Of a DNA stretch of 37,324 bases, positions 25,629 through 33,503 are shown piece by piece (within the stretch, counting starts at the first letter, position 1; each line of letters opens with the position of its first letter). The position numbers and the translations under genes are program-made. A model generated the notes under the pieces. The model was not told where the DNA came from, did not search any database, and was given only the letters and a program-made list of their open reading frames with translations. This stretch comes from a virus (Duplodnaviria > Caudoviricetes), in IMG/VR virus record IMGVR_UViG_3300037439_000415, positions 1 to 37,324 of that record. One strand, given 5' to 3'.

Positions 25629-25845
25629 ATGTCACGCGTGACGGGCGTGACATGTCACGCGGATGTCACGTTTCGCGCTGTGACATACAGTCTGCATGTG
25701 GCCGGAAAAGGTGGCCATTTGCAAGGGAATTAGGGCGCCCTATGTCACGCGTGACCTTCGCGCGCGCGTTCAAGAAGGGAAGAAAAGAGAACTACAGAAC
25801 TACCCCAACCCAAACCCTATCCCCTGCGGGGACAGGGCTTTTCAA
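25629..25845. repeat. iteron-like cluster / putative replication origin
   Basis: ATGTCACG at 25629, 25652, 25663 and 25742; inverted copies at 25637, 25646, 25679 and 25750; then an A-rich tract, tandem AGAACTAC x2 (25788-25803) and a hairpin at 25815-25837. Confidence 0.6.
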
Positions 25846-25897
25846 GCCCAGCTCGAGGTCCGTCCGACGGGGATGGTCAACTGCTCGGCGTGTCGGA

Positions 25898-26368
25898 TCA
25901 GCTCACGCAGCCCTTGGCCTCGGCGAGCCCGTCCATCGCGGCGTGCAGGCCCACGGCGGCCTCGTCGACGAGTTCGCCGAGCTCGGAGTACTCGTCGGCG
26001 TAGCCGTCTACCCCGATGACCATCCCGCCACCGTCCTTCAGCCACTCGCCGCTCACCGCCCACGTCGCGACGGCATCGTCGAGTCCACCCCCCGCGAGGC
26101 GCCCCGCGACGAAGTAGAGCCCCGACCTCTGGAATCCGGGGAGAGAGGCGTTGTCGTCCGATCGAACGACTGCGGCGGTGGTCACTCGAGCGTTGACGGT
26201 GAAGCCCTCGTCGAGCCGTCGGACGAGGAAGCGCGGGACACGCTCGCAGCGGTCTTGCGTCTCGGCCTCGGGGGTTGTCCCGACATCGATCGCAGGCTCG
26301 CCTGTCGTGTCTTCGCCGCAGCCGGCGAACAAGGCAACGGCGATCAGCATGGGCACGACGCGCTTCAT
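25898..26368 (-). CDS. lipoprotein (possible superinfection exclusion or lysogenic conversion)
   Basis: MKRVVPMLIAVALFAG-C lipobox; GGAGG RBS. Confidence 0.85.
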   Translation of the reverse strand: MKRVVPMLIAVALFAGCGEDTTGEPAIDVGTTPEAETQDRCERVPRFLVRRLDEGFTVNARVTTAAVVRSDDNASLPGFQRSGLYFVAGRLAGGGLDDAVATWAVSGEWLKDGGGMVIGVDGYADEYSELGELVDEAAVGLHAAMDGLAEAKGCVS

Positions 26369-26420
26369 AGAGGAACCCTCCAGGGTCGGTTAAGGTGCGA
26401 TATGTCCTGCCGACCGGACG

Positions 26421-26434
26421 CGAATGTATGTTCG
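26421..26434. promoter_or_regulatory. SOS box (Cheo-type LexA operator)
   Basis: CGAATGTATGTTCG, one mismatch from CGAAC-N4-GTTCG; intergenic. Confidence 0.7.
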
Positions 26435-26465
26435 TATTCGGCGACGGCGGGAACGGGAGGCTGAG

Positions 26466-26717
26466 GTGGAAGCGAGCGGGATGGGCGGGCTGATGCTGGT
26501 GGTCGACGGCGAGGGCGAAGGCGCAGAGCAACGACTACGGGCGGCGCGCCGGGCGGTCATGGAGGGGTACGAGCAGGCAGTCGCCATCCTCAGCCCTGGC
26601 CCCGGCCTTCCTCGCCACGGCGACCTCGCGTGGTTCGAGGCCGGCTTGGCTGACGCTCGCGAGCTTTCTGGACTGCCGCGTCCTCGCGTGCTCGAAGACG
26701 CGCCGCTGGATCTCTAG
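26466..26717 (+). CDS. small putative LexA-regulated protein (candidate antirepressor)
   Basis: GGGAGG at 26455-26460 then GTG 26466 (alternative ATG 26481); directly downstream of the SOS box. Confidence 0.55.
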   Translation: MEASGMGGLMLVVDGEGEGAEQRLRAARRAVMEGYEQAVAILSPGPGLPRHGDLAWFEAGLADARELSGLPRPRVLEDAPLDL

Positions 26718-26970
26718 CGCCCCTTCTCGCATCGGCGATCGGCCACTCGTAGAAGTGTTCGGGCGTCACGCCCAGCGCCTCGGCTAGAGCCTCCAGGGTG
26801 TCGGCGTCGGGGACCCGGCCCGGTTTGACCTCGAGCGACTCGATGGTCGACTCGGGCACACCCTCATAGCCCAGGCGGACCGTCGCGAACGACAGATCCT
26901 TGCGGCTCATCTCGCGCTTCTCTCGCAGCTCGCGAAGCGCTCTAGCAAGCAGTTCCGGCATCGCCAGCAT
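26590..26970 (-). CDS. immunity repressor (XRE HTH, no S24 peptidase domain)
   Basis: ALRELREKREMSRKDLS...VPESTIESLE..PGRVPDADTLEALAEALGV; divergent from a cro-like gene; start at 26970 or 26961. Confidence 0.85.
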   Translation of the reverse strand: MLAMPELLARALRELREKREMSRKDLSFATVRLGYEGVPESTIESLEVKPGRVPDADTLEALAEALGVTPEHFYEWPIADARRGARDPAARLRAREDAAVQKARERQPSRPRTTRGRRGEEGRGQG

Positions 26971-26990
26971 GAAATCCGTCGGCGGATCGC

Positions 26991-27020
26991 TTGACAACCG
27001 ATTGTCAATAGGCATACACT
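26991..27020 (+). promoter_or_regulatory. early lytic promoter with an overlapping operator palindrome
   Basis: TTGACA-N18-TACACT; palindrome TTGACAA-CCGA-TTGTCAA at 26991-27008. Confidence 0.85.
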
Positions 27021-27030
27021 CCATCGGCAT

Positions 27031-27261
27031 ATGAACAAGCCGACCCCGCTGAAGCTCGCGATCGTCCGATCCGGGCTCTCCCAAAAAGACATCGCGGCCG
27101 ACGTCGGCCTCGACCCGGCCCAGCTCTCGAGGATCGTCAACGGTCTGCATTGCGACGACGCTACGGCGAACCACATCGCCGACGTACTGCGCCGGAAGGG
27201 CAACTTCGACGGTTCCACCCGCGACCTCTTCCTCGCGGTGTCGGATCGGGCCGTCGCGTGA
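27031..27261 (+). CDS. Cro-like HTH protein
   Basis: LKLAIVRSGLSQKDIAADVGLDPAQLSRIVNG; first gene after the promoter. Confidence 0.88.
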   Translation: MNKPTPLKLAIVRSGLSQKDIAADVGLDPAQLSRIVNGLHCDDATANHIADVLRRKGNFDGSTRDLFLAVSDRAVA

Positions 27262-27779
27262 TCGCCTCGGCGACGTTGCGCAAGCGGGCGCTCGAGCCTC
27301 AGCTCGACGCCATCGCGATCGGCCACCACGAGGGCCTGGTCTTCTACAACCCGAGCCCCGAGCCCGACTCGATCTTCGAGCTGGTCTCGAAGGTCGTTCA
27401 GCCGGGCGCCAGCGCCCGTGAGTTCGGCCGGCTGCTCGTCAAGGCGCACAAGCTCAACGGCGAGCAGGGCGAGCTGGAGAAGGCGGTGTGCGGTGTCATC
27501 GACCGGCTCGCCGTCGACCTCGCCGACCTCGAGTTCAACGACCCCGTCCGGCGGGCGATCGGATCACGGTCGCTCGCCCAAGGGCTTCGTCCTCACCTGA
27601 AGCAGATCAGCCAGGCCGACGGGGTCGACTCGACCGCGATCCTGGCGATCAGACAGGTCGAGAAGCTGACCGCCGGAATCGTGCGGATGCAGATTCTCTC
27701 CCCGGCCCTGGAGCGCGAGCTGGGCCAGAAGCTCTTCGCGATTCTGACCACGATCGTCGGAGAGGCGGCGCCGCGGTGA
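27258..27779 (+). CDS. hypothetical protein
   Basis: GTGA-coupled ORF with GC3-rich codons. Confidence 0.7.
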   Translation: MIASATLRKRALEPQLDAIAIGHHEGLVFYNPSPEPDSIFELVSKVVQPGASAREFGRLLVKAHKLNGEQGELEKAVCGVIDRLAVDLADLEFNDPVRRAIGSRSLAQGLRPHLKQISQADGVDSTAILAIRQVEKLTAGIVRMQILSPALERELGQKLFAILTTIVGEAAPR

Positions 27780-28255
27780 GCGCGCCTGCTCTCTCCATCC
27801 CCCGGCAGGCGGCTCACTCCCTCCAGCCGCCGCCGACCGGCGGACGTCCCCACCTTCCATCGCCTGGGAGGCAGCGCACCCTCCGTGCAGCCGGGGCGAC
27901 CGGGGACGTCCGCCGGCCCTCCACTTCCCAGCACATGCAGGCGCTCCGCGAAGCGAACGAGCGCCGGTTCGCCTACTCGAAGATCAAGGCGACGATCGCA
28001 GCGCTGCCCGCCGAGAACGGCCGAGCGACGGTCGCCAACCACCTGCGGCTTCCGAACGACACCGTCGCCGGGATGCGGCTCGACTACCTGCTGCTGGCGA
28101 TCCACCGGATGGGCCGCGCCGTCATGGTCCGCGTCCTGGCCGGTGCCGCCGCCGAGCTCGGCGGGCCGGTCCGCGAGAACCGCCGCGTCGGCGAGCTGAC
28201 CGACCGCCAGCGCAACGCGCTCGCCGACGAGCTGACCCGACAGGCGGCACGCTGA
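27776..28255 (+). CDS. actinobacterial-type integration host factor (mIHF/sIHF-like, H2TH)
   Basis: QHMQALREANERR...IKATI...MRLDYLLLAIHRMGRA...RRVGELTDRQRNAL follows the mIHF pattern. Confidence 0.75.
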   Translation: MSAPALSIPRQAAHSLQPPPTGGRPHLPSPGRQRTLRAAGATGDVRRPSTSQHMQALREANERRFAYSKIKATIAALPAENGRATVANHLRLPNDTVAGMRLDYLLLAIHRMGRAVMVRVLAGAAAELGGPVRENRRVGELTDRQRNALADELTRQAAR

Positions 28256-28443
28256 TGGCCGACCTGATCGAGCTGATCCTCGGCGGGATGCTCGTCTCGG
28301 GGTTCGGGATCCTGATGGTCCTCCTCGCCGCCACCACGGCGTGCGAGATCCGCGACTTGATCCGACGGCGACGCGACCGGGCGGCGACCCGCCGACGGAC
28401 GATCGTCGTCACCGACGAGAACGGCGGTCGCCGGTATGCCTGA
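28255..28443 (+). CDS. small membrane protein
   Basis: N-terminal TM helix; translationally coupled. Confidence 0.65.
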   Translation: MADLIELILGGMLVSGFGILMVLLAATTACEIRDLIRRRRDRAATRRRTIVVTDENGGRRYA

Positions 28444-28537
28444 CCTACTCGTCATCTTGGCCGTTGGGTTCGGCGCCTTCTACGCGGGGTTCATCGCCGC
28501 CGCGATCCTGGCCACGTCGTCGCGAGGTGAACGCTGA
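28436..28537 (+). CDS. 33-aa membrane peptide (not in the ORF track)
   Basis: MPDLLVILAVGFGAFYAGFIAAAILATSSRGER; overlaps both neighbours. Confidence 0.6.
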   Translation: MPDLLVILAVGFGAFYAGFIAAAILATSSRGER

Positions 28538-28749
28538 TGCCCGCCCGCGGTATCTACATCCAGCTCGCGCCGAAGTGCCGCGACCTGCCCGCCCTCACCG
28601 GAGGCGTGGTCAGGGACGCGATGGCCCGCCGAAACGCACGTACCCAGACGCTCGTCCAGGGCGTCCAACGCAAGGCGCCCCAGCCGCTACAGACGGCCGA
28701 GGCGCACGACCACGAAGGAGATCACCCCTCATGGCCACAGCCATCGTAG
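28537..28749 (+). CDS. hypothetical protein
   Basis: TGATG coupling; GAGGT RBS. Confidence 0.5.
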   Translation: MPARGIYIQLAPKCRDLPALTGGVVRDAMARRNARTQTLVQGVQRKAPQPLQTAEAHDHEGDHPSWPQPS

Positions 28750-29018
28750 CCCGCTGGCGCGGCTACCTCAACGACGCGGTCGTCAAGGCCGCCGTCGAGA
28801 AGGTGGGAACCGCGCTCGGAGACCTGTTCACCGATTACGAGCGGCTCGACGCCGTCACTGACGACACGGCGGCGCTGCTGCGCTACCAGGAGTACGTCGA
28901 GCAGCGGATCTCCGAGGAGGTCGCCGACTTCATCTCCGACGGCATCGAGGTCATGACCTTCGAGGACTGGTCGGAGAACCAGGAGATCAACGAGCCGGAT
29001 CTGCGGGTGGTCGTATGA
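28731..29018 (+). CDS. hypothetical acidic protein
   Basis: GAAGGAG RBS before ATG 28731. Confidence 0.7.
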   Translation: MATAIVARWRGYLNDAVVKAAVEKVGTALGDLFTDYERLDAVTDDTAALLRYQEYVEQRISEEVADFISDGIEVMTFEDWSENQEINEPDLRVVV

Positions 29019-29212
29019 GCGGCGATGTCCACGTCGTCATCACGCCCGGCCGCGTCGACCCGGTCCACGTCTTCGGCCACCGCTCTGACGCCGAGGCGTT
29101 CCGCGACGCGATACACGCGACCTCGTCCGCCGCGGCAATCCTGTCCGACGAGCCGGTCATCGACTCCGCCACGGCGAGAGCGTTGATCGAGCAGGAGGTC
29201 GCGGCGTCATGA
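29015..29212 (+). CDS. hypothetical protein
   Basis: ATGA-coupled at both ends. Confidence 0.7.
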   Translation: MSGDVHVVITPGRVDPVHVFGHRSDAEAFRDAIHATSSAAAILSDEPVIDSATARALIEQEVAAS

Positions 29213-30069
29213 GCGGCGAGAACGGCAACGGGCAGCAGATCGCCCGCAAGCCCGACCGGACGCCGCTGCGCCAGCGCGACCCGCTCGGTCTCGCAGAGCA
29301 CTTCGCTCGATCCGGCTACTTCAAGGACACCCTCTCGATGAGCCAGGCGGTCGTGAAGATCGCCGCCGGAGAGGAGTTGGGCATCGGTCCGATGGCCGCG
29401 ATCCAGGGGATCACCATCATCGAGGGCAAGCTCGGCATGACCGCGAACCTCATGGCGACGCTCGCGCAGGACAGCGAACGGTTCGGCTACAGGGTCATCG
29501 AGACGACCAACGAGCGGTGCAAGCTGGAGTTCTTCGAGCGCACCGACAACGGCGAGAAGGGGCTCGGAGTATCGGAGTTCGAGCTCGCTGACGCGGAGCG
29601 TGCCGGACTGGTCAAGCCTCGCTCGAATTGGGAGAAGTGGCCGAAGGCGATGTGCTTCGCCAGGGCGCTTACCCAGGGTGTGCGGACCTACTGCCCAAGC
29701 GTCACGTCGGGAACCTCGGCCTACACCGTCGAGGAGCTAGGCGCTGAGGTTGACGAGGCCGGCGAGATCATCTCGGTCCCGAACCTCGACGGCGACGTGC
29801 CCGCATCCGAGGACGCGGTCGATGCGGTGATCGAGCTGCTCGACGCCGGTGTCGTCGAGGGCTTGGTCAAGGGGATCGAGTTCCTCGAGCTGGACCGCAA
29901 CGCGATCAACGTGATCCTCGGATCGTTGGGCGTCTTCTCGCTCGACGACGCGTTCGAGGATCTGGCCGACGCTCTCGCCCGTCTCAAGCCGGATGAGGCC
30001 GAGAAGCTCAGCGCCGAGATGCAACGGATGGCCGACGTGGCCGGACAGGAGGCCACCAGTGCGTCATGA
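29209..30069 (+). CDS. RecT/Bet-like ssDNA-annealing protein
   Basis: VKIAAGEELGIGPMAAIQGITIIEGK; ADAERAGL...SNWEKWPKAM.FARA....R.YCP; next to an exonuclease. Confidence 0.8.
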   Translation: MSGENGNGQQIARKPDRTPLRQRDPLGLAEHFARSGYFKDTLSMSQAVVKIAAGEELGIGPMAAIQGITIIEGKLGMTANLMATLAQDSERFGYRVIETTNERCKLEFFERTDNGEKGLGVSEFELADAERAGLVKPRSNWEKWPKAMCFARALTQGVRTYCPSVTSGTSAYTVEELGAEVDEAGEIISVPNLDGDVPASEDAVDAVIELLDAGVVEGLVKGIEFLELDRNAINVILGSLGVFSLDDAFEDLADALARLKPDEAEKLSAEMQRMADVAGQEATSAS

Positions 30070-30979
30070 CGTCGAGATGGTCGGCCGCTTCGAGGCCCAC
30101 GTCTTGCCGGACGGCTCGACGATCTACTACGACCCCGACCCAGCCCACGCCTACTACGGCGAGATCAAGCCGTCGAAGACGGCGACTGGGGGCTACAGCT
30201 TCACCCGCTCGTCTCGCCTGACCGGCGTGTCGACGATCGCGAAGTACCTCGACGCCAGCGTCGACCCGCTGATGCACTGGGCGGTCGGCCTCGACCACGT
30301 CGGGATCGCTGAGCTCGTTGAGCAGTCGATGAAGGCCCACGGGGACCTGACCTGGCTGACCAACCCGAAGGCGATCGACGCCAAGCTCCGCGAGGCGAAG
30401 GCAACCTGGAGTGACGTGCGCGACCGGGCGTCCGTGCGTGGCACGAACGTCCACGAGCGGATCTTCCTCGCGCTGGCCACCGGGTCGGCGCCGCCGTCGC
30501 TGGCCGACCTCAGCGAGGACGAGCGCGGCTACGGCCAGGCGGCGTTCGCCTGGTGGCGAGATCGCAAGCCGTCCCCCGTGATGGCCGAGCAGGTAACCGC
30601 CTGCTTCGACAAGGGGTTCGCCGGTCGCTTCGATCTGCTCGCCGACGTCGAGCGAGAGCGCTTCGACCGCGAGCTTCCGGGAGACGACGTGCTTGATGTC
30701 CGGGTCCTGGTCGACGCCAAGACCCGGGAGGGGGGCAAGGCCCGCAAGTCCGACCACGTCCAGCTCCCGGGCTACGAGGACTCCAACATCGCTTGCGGCA
30801 TCGGGCCGTCCGACGCCCAGCTCGTGCTGATCCTGATGCCCGATGGCACCTACCGCGAGGAGTGGTGCGTCGGAACCCGCGAGGACTTCTACGCGGCCCT
30901 CGTCGCCTGCCAGACCGGCAAGTCGATCGACAAGCGGATGCGAGAGGCCGGCAAGGCAAGGGAGGTCGTGACCGTATGA
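30059..30979 (+). CDS. PD-(D/E)XK exonuclease (RecE/Cas4-like recombination nuclease)
   Basis: GVSTI; RGTNVHE; FAGRFDLL; LVDAKT; QLPGY. Confidence 0.85.
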   Translation: MRHDVEMVGRFEAHVLPDGSTIYYDPDPAHAYYGEIKPSKTATGGYSFTRSSRLTGVSTIAKYLDASVDPLMHWAVGLDHVGIAELVEQSMKAHGDLTWLTNPKAIDAKLREAKATWSDVRDRASVRGTNVHERIFLALATGSAPPSLADLSEDERGYGQAAFAWWRDRKPSPVMAEQVTACFDKGFAGRFDLLADVERERFDRELPGDDVLDVRVLVDAKTREGGKARKSDHVQLPGYEDSNIACGIGPSDAQLVLILMPDGTYREEWCVGTREDFYAALVACQTGKSIDKRMREAGKAREVVTV

Positions 30980-31770
30980 CCGGCACAGAGATCGTGGTCG
31001 CTGAGGATCAGACCCTCGCGACCGTCGAGCGCCAGGTCGCCGAGGCCACGGCGGCGGCGGAGTCGATCGAGGTCCGCAACCAGGACGAGGCGACGGTCGC
31101 CACGGAGTTCGTCTCGCGGATCGCGAAGCAGAAGCGCGACGCCGACGCCGAGCGCAAGCAGCTCGTCGGCCCGCTCAACGACACCGTCAAGCGGATCAAC
31201 GCGAAGTTCAAGGGCGCCATCGCGCCGCTCGACGCCGCCGACCAGATCGTGCGATCGAAGATTGGCGCGTACCACGCTGAGCAGGAGCGCATCCGCCGGG
31301 AGGAGGAGGCGCGTCTGGAGGCCGAGCGCCAGGAGCGCGAGCGCAAAGCCCGCGAAGAGTGCGAGCGCCAGGAGGCCGAGGCCCGTGCCAAGCGCGAGCA
31401 GGCCGAGCGCGAGGCCCGAGAGGCAGCGGCGAAGGCGAAGGCCGAGCACGACGCCGAGGCGCAGCGGCTGGCCGAGGAGGCCAAGGCCAAGCTCGCCGAG
31501 GCCAAGACGGCCGAGGCCGCGATCCAGTCGCTGCCGACGTTGGAGATCCCGCGAGCGCACGTCGCTCCGCCGGCACCGCTGAAGTCCGCGAGCGGCGGCG
31601 TGTCGACGCGCAAGGTTTGGACGTTCGAGATCACCGACGAGGCCGCCGTCCCGCGTGACTACCTCGTCGTGGACGAGACGAAGATCCGCCAGGCGATGCG
31701 CGACGGCGCCCGTGAGATCCCGGGCGTACGCATCTACCAGGACGATCAGCTGGCGGTCCGAGCCTCCTAG
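30976..31770 (+). CDS. conserved coiled-coil early phage protein
   Basis: ERK.LV.PLN..VK.INA.FK N-terminus; RKVWTFEITD...VPRDYL.VDE.KI...IPGVRIY C-terminus. Confidence 0.8.
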   Translation: MTGTEIVVAEDQTLATVERQVAEATAAAESIEVRNQDEATVATEFVSRIAKQKRDADAERKQLVGPLNDTVKRINAKFKGAIAPLDAADQIVRSKIGAYHAEQERIRREEEARLEAERQERERKAREECERQEAEARAKREQAEREAREAAAKAKAEHDAEAQRLAEEAKAKLAEAKTAEAAIQSLPTLEIPRAHVAPPAPLKSASGGVSTRKVWTFEITDEAAVPRDYLVVDETKIRQAMRDGAREIPGVRIYQDDQLAVRAS

Positions 31771-32748
31771 ATGGCCGAGGACCGCCCCTACGAGAAGCTG
31801 ATGCTCCACCACGGGATGCCCCGCAACCTGATGGTGCGGCGGCTGCTCGTCGCTGAGAAGTGGACGTTTGTCGTCTGCCTCTGTCTCGCCAGCCAGGCGC
31901 CCGGCGCAGACCGCGGGACGCTGATCGTGTCGGAGTCCCACCCGATCGACGTGGCCGAGATCGCGCTTGAGGCCGACGTGGAGGAGTCGGTCGTCGAGGC
32001 GACGCTCACCAAGCTCGCCGAGCATGGGTCGCTCGTCGAGGAGTCCAAGCACGGCGCCCTGCGGTTTGCGAACTGGCTTCGCTACAACCCCGAGCGCAAG
32101 CCCTCGGACTCGCGGGAGGCGGCTCGCGAGCGCAAGCGGCTACAGCGCGAGCGCGAGAAGGAAGAGCGCGACGCCCGCAAGGCCGCCGAGAAGCAGGCCG
32201 AGGAGGAGGGCCGCGCCGCCCAGCTCGTCATGGACGACGACCGCTCTGCCCCGCTGCGTGCGATCGAGACCGACGACGCGGCGCTCACGGTCCAGTGCCC
32301 GTCGTGCCTGGTCTCACCCGGCCAGCCGTGCGTCACTCGCAACGGGGCGGCCAGGTCGACCGTCCACGCCAAGCGCTGCCGAAAGGTCGAGGTGCCGGCG
32401 GCCGACGCCGCCGACGCGTTCTTCCGCTCCGGCCGCGGCGGCGATGCCGCCGCGGCGACAGGGTCGGCAGTCGACGCGCCCCCCGCCGACGTCGAGGGGT
32501 GGGCGCCGATAGTCGCCGAGCTCGCCGGCCGGATCGCCGACTTCCAAGCACACATCTGGATCAAGCCGCTCGAACTGGTCGGTCGACAGGGCCGGGTGCT
32601 CTACGTGCGGGCGCCCGACCACGTCCGCACATGGGTCCGTGACAGGTACTCGCCCCTGATCGCCGACGCGGCGTCGCAGGTGCTGGGTGAGACGGTCGCG
32701 GTGGAGCTGGTCGACGAGTACTGGCGACCGACGGAGCGAGCGGCGTGA
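31771..32748 (+). CDS. replication initiator: N-terminal wHTH, basic helix, Zn finger, C-terminal DnaA_N-like domain
   Basis: NWLRYNP...AARERKRLQRER; CPSC...PGQPC...VH.KR; W..I..EL...I.....HIWIKPLEL......LYVRAP.HVRTWVRDRY..LI. Confidence 0.8.
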   Translation: MAEDRPYEKLMLHHGMPRNLMVRRLLVAEKWTFVVCLCLASQAPGADRGTLIVSESHPIDVAEIALEADVEESVVEATLTKLAEHGSLVEESKHGALRFANWLRYNPERKPSDSREAARERKRLQREREKEERDARKAAEKQAEEEGRAAQLVMDDDRSAPLRAIETDDAALTVQCPSCLVSPGQPCVTRNGAARSTVHAKRCRKVEVPAADAADAFFRSGRGGDAAAATGSAVDAPPADVEGWAPIVAELAGRIADFQAHIWIKPLELVGRQGRVLYVRAPDHVRTWVRDRYSPLIADAASQVLGETVAVELVDEYWRPTERAA

Positions 32749-33503
32749 GCGCCACCGTCTGTGAGGAGTGCGGCGGCCGGCGACTGATCGCCGAGCAGAC
32801 CGGCTGGCGGGTGTCCGTCGTCCACGCCTTCTCGTGCTCGCAACGAGCCGAGGGCGACCCGGCACGCTGCGACTACTCGAAGTGTCGCCTGCCCTTGCTG
32901 CACGACAAGGTCGTCAAGGACGGCAAGAAGACGTGCGACACACCGTGCCGCAACGCGGCCTGGAAAGAGCGAACGGGATACGGACACCAGGCAGGCCGGT
33001 CCATGCCGTCAGCGCCCGTTCGAACGGCCTCTCGCAAGCCGTCAGGTCTCCAGGTCTCCTACCGGAAATCGGTCGAGGGATGCATCGAGGCGCTGGCCGA
33101 GGTCGGCGTTCTCGGCGACGAGGCAGAGCTGATCGCCGAGAAGCGGATGCGGGCCAAGCTGTCCGCGAAGCAGCGTGCACGCCTCGAAGAGTCCGAGCGT
33201 CCGGCCGAGCCCGACCCCGCGCCGATCCCGCTTCCCCTGCCGATCCCGCACCCAACCCCCGCGCCACCGGTGGACCCGCCGCCCGCGGCCGAGGAGACGC
33301 CGAGCGTCCGCATCCTCCAACGCCAGCGCGACGACAACGACATGCTCGACTGGGTCGAGGTCGACACGGTCGAGACCCGCGCGTCGGCCGGCGTCGCGTT
33401 GTCGACCTGGCTCAACGAGCAGTACCCCGATCCGCTGCCGGGCACATACCGGGCTGAGGGCAACGGCGGATCTGCCGAGGCGAACTGGTCGGCGGCGGCG
33501 TGA
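32745..33503 (+). CDS. hypothetical Cys-rich protein
   Basis: CxxC motifs; KTCDTPCRNAAWKER; Pro-rich linker. Confidence 0.7.
   Translation: MSATVCEECGGRRLIAEQTGWRVSVVHAFSCSQRAEGDPARCDYSKCRLPLLHDKVVKDGKKTCDTPCRNAAWKERTGYGHQAGRSMPSAPVRTASRKPSGLQVSYRKSVEGCIEALAEVGVLGDEAELIAEKRMRAKLSAKQRARLEESERPAEPDPAPIPLPLPIPHPTPAPPVDPPPAAEETPSVRILQRQRDDNDMLDWVEVDTVETRASAGVALSTWLNEQYPDPLPGTYRAEGNGGSAEANWSAAA

Noticed and set aside
26382-26410. dif-like XerCD site (GGTTAA-GGTGCG-ATATGTC)
   Set aside because: Only partial similarity to the dif consensus; it lies where promoter elements are expected. Worth rechecking against the host dif.
25081-26464. ORFs 25081-25641, 25239-25568, 25550-26464 and 25696-26019 as genes
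   Set aside because: No convincing RBS, no GC3 bias, and they cross terminators, iterons or the lipoprotein gene on the opposite strand.
26971-27174. N-terminal extension of the repressor given in the ORF track
   Set aside because: It overlaps the cro gene and the promoter/operator; the HTH begins just after Met 26970/26961.
30059-30979. Cas4 as part of a CRISPR system
   Set aside because: No other cas genes or array; it lies next to a RecT-like gene, so it is best read as a recombination exonuclease.
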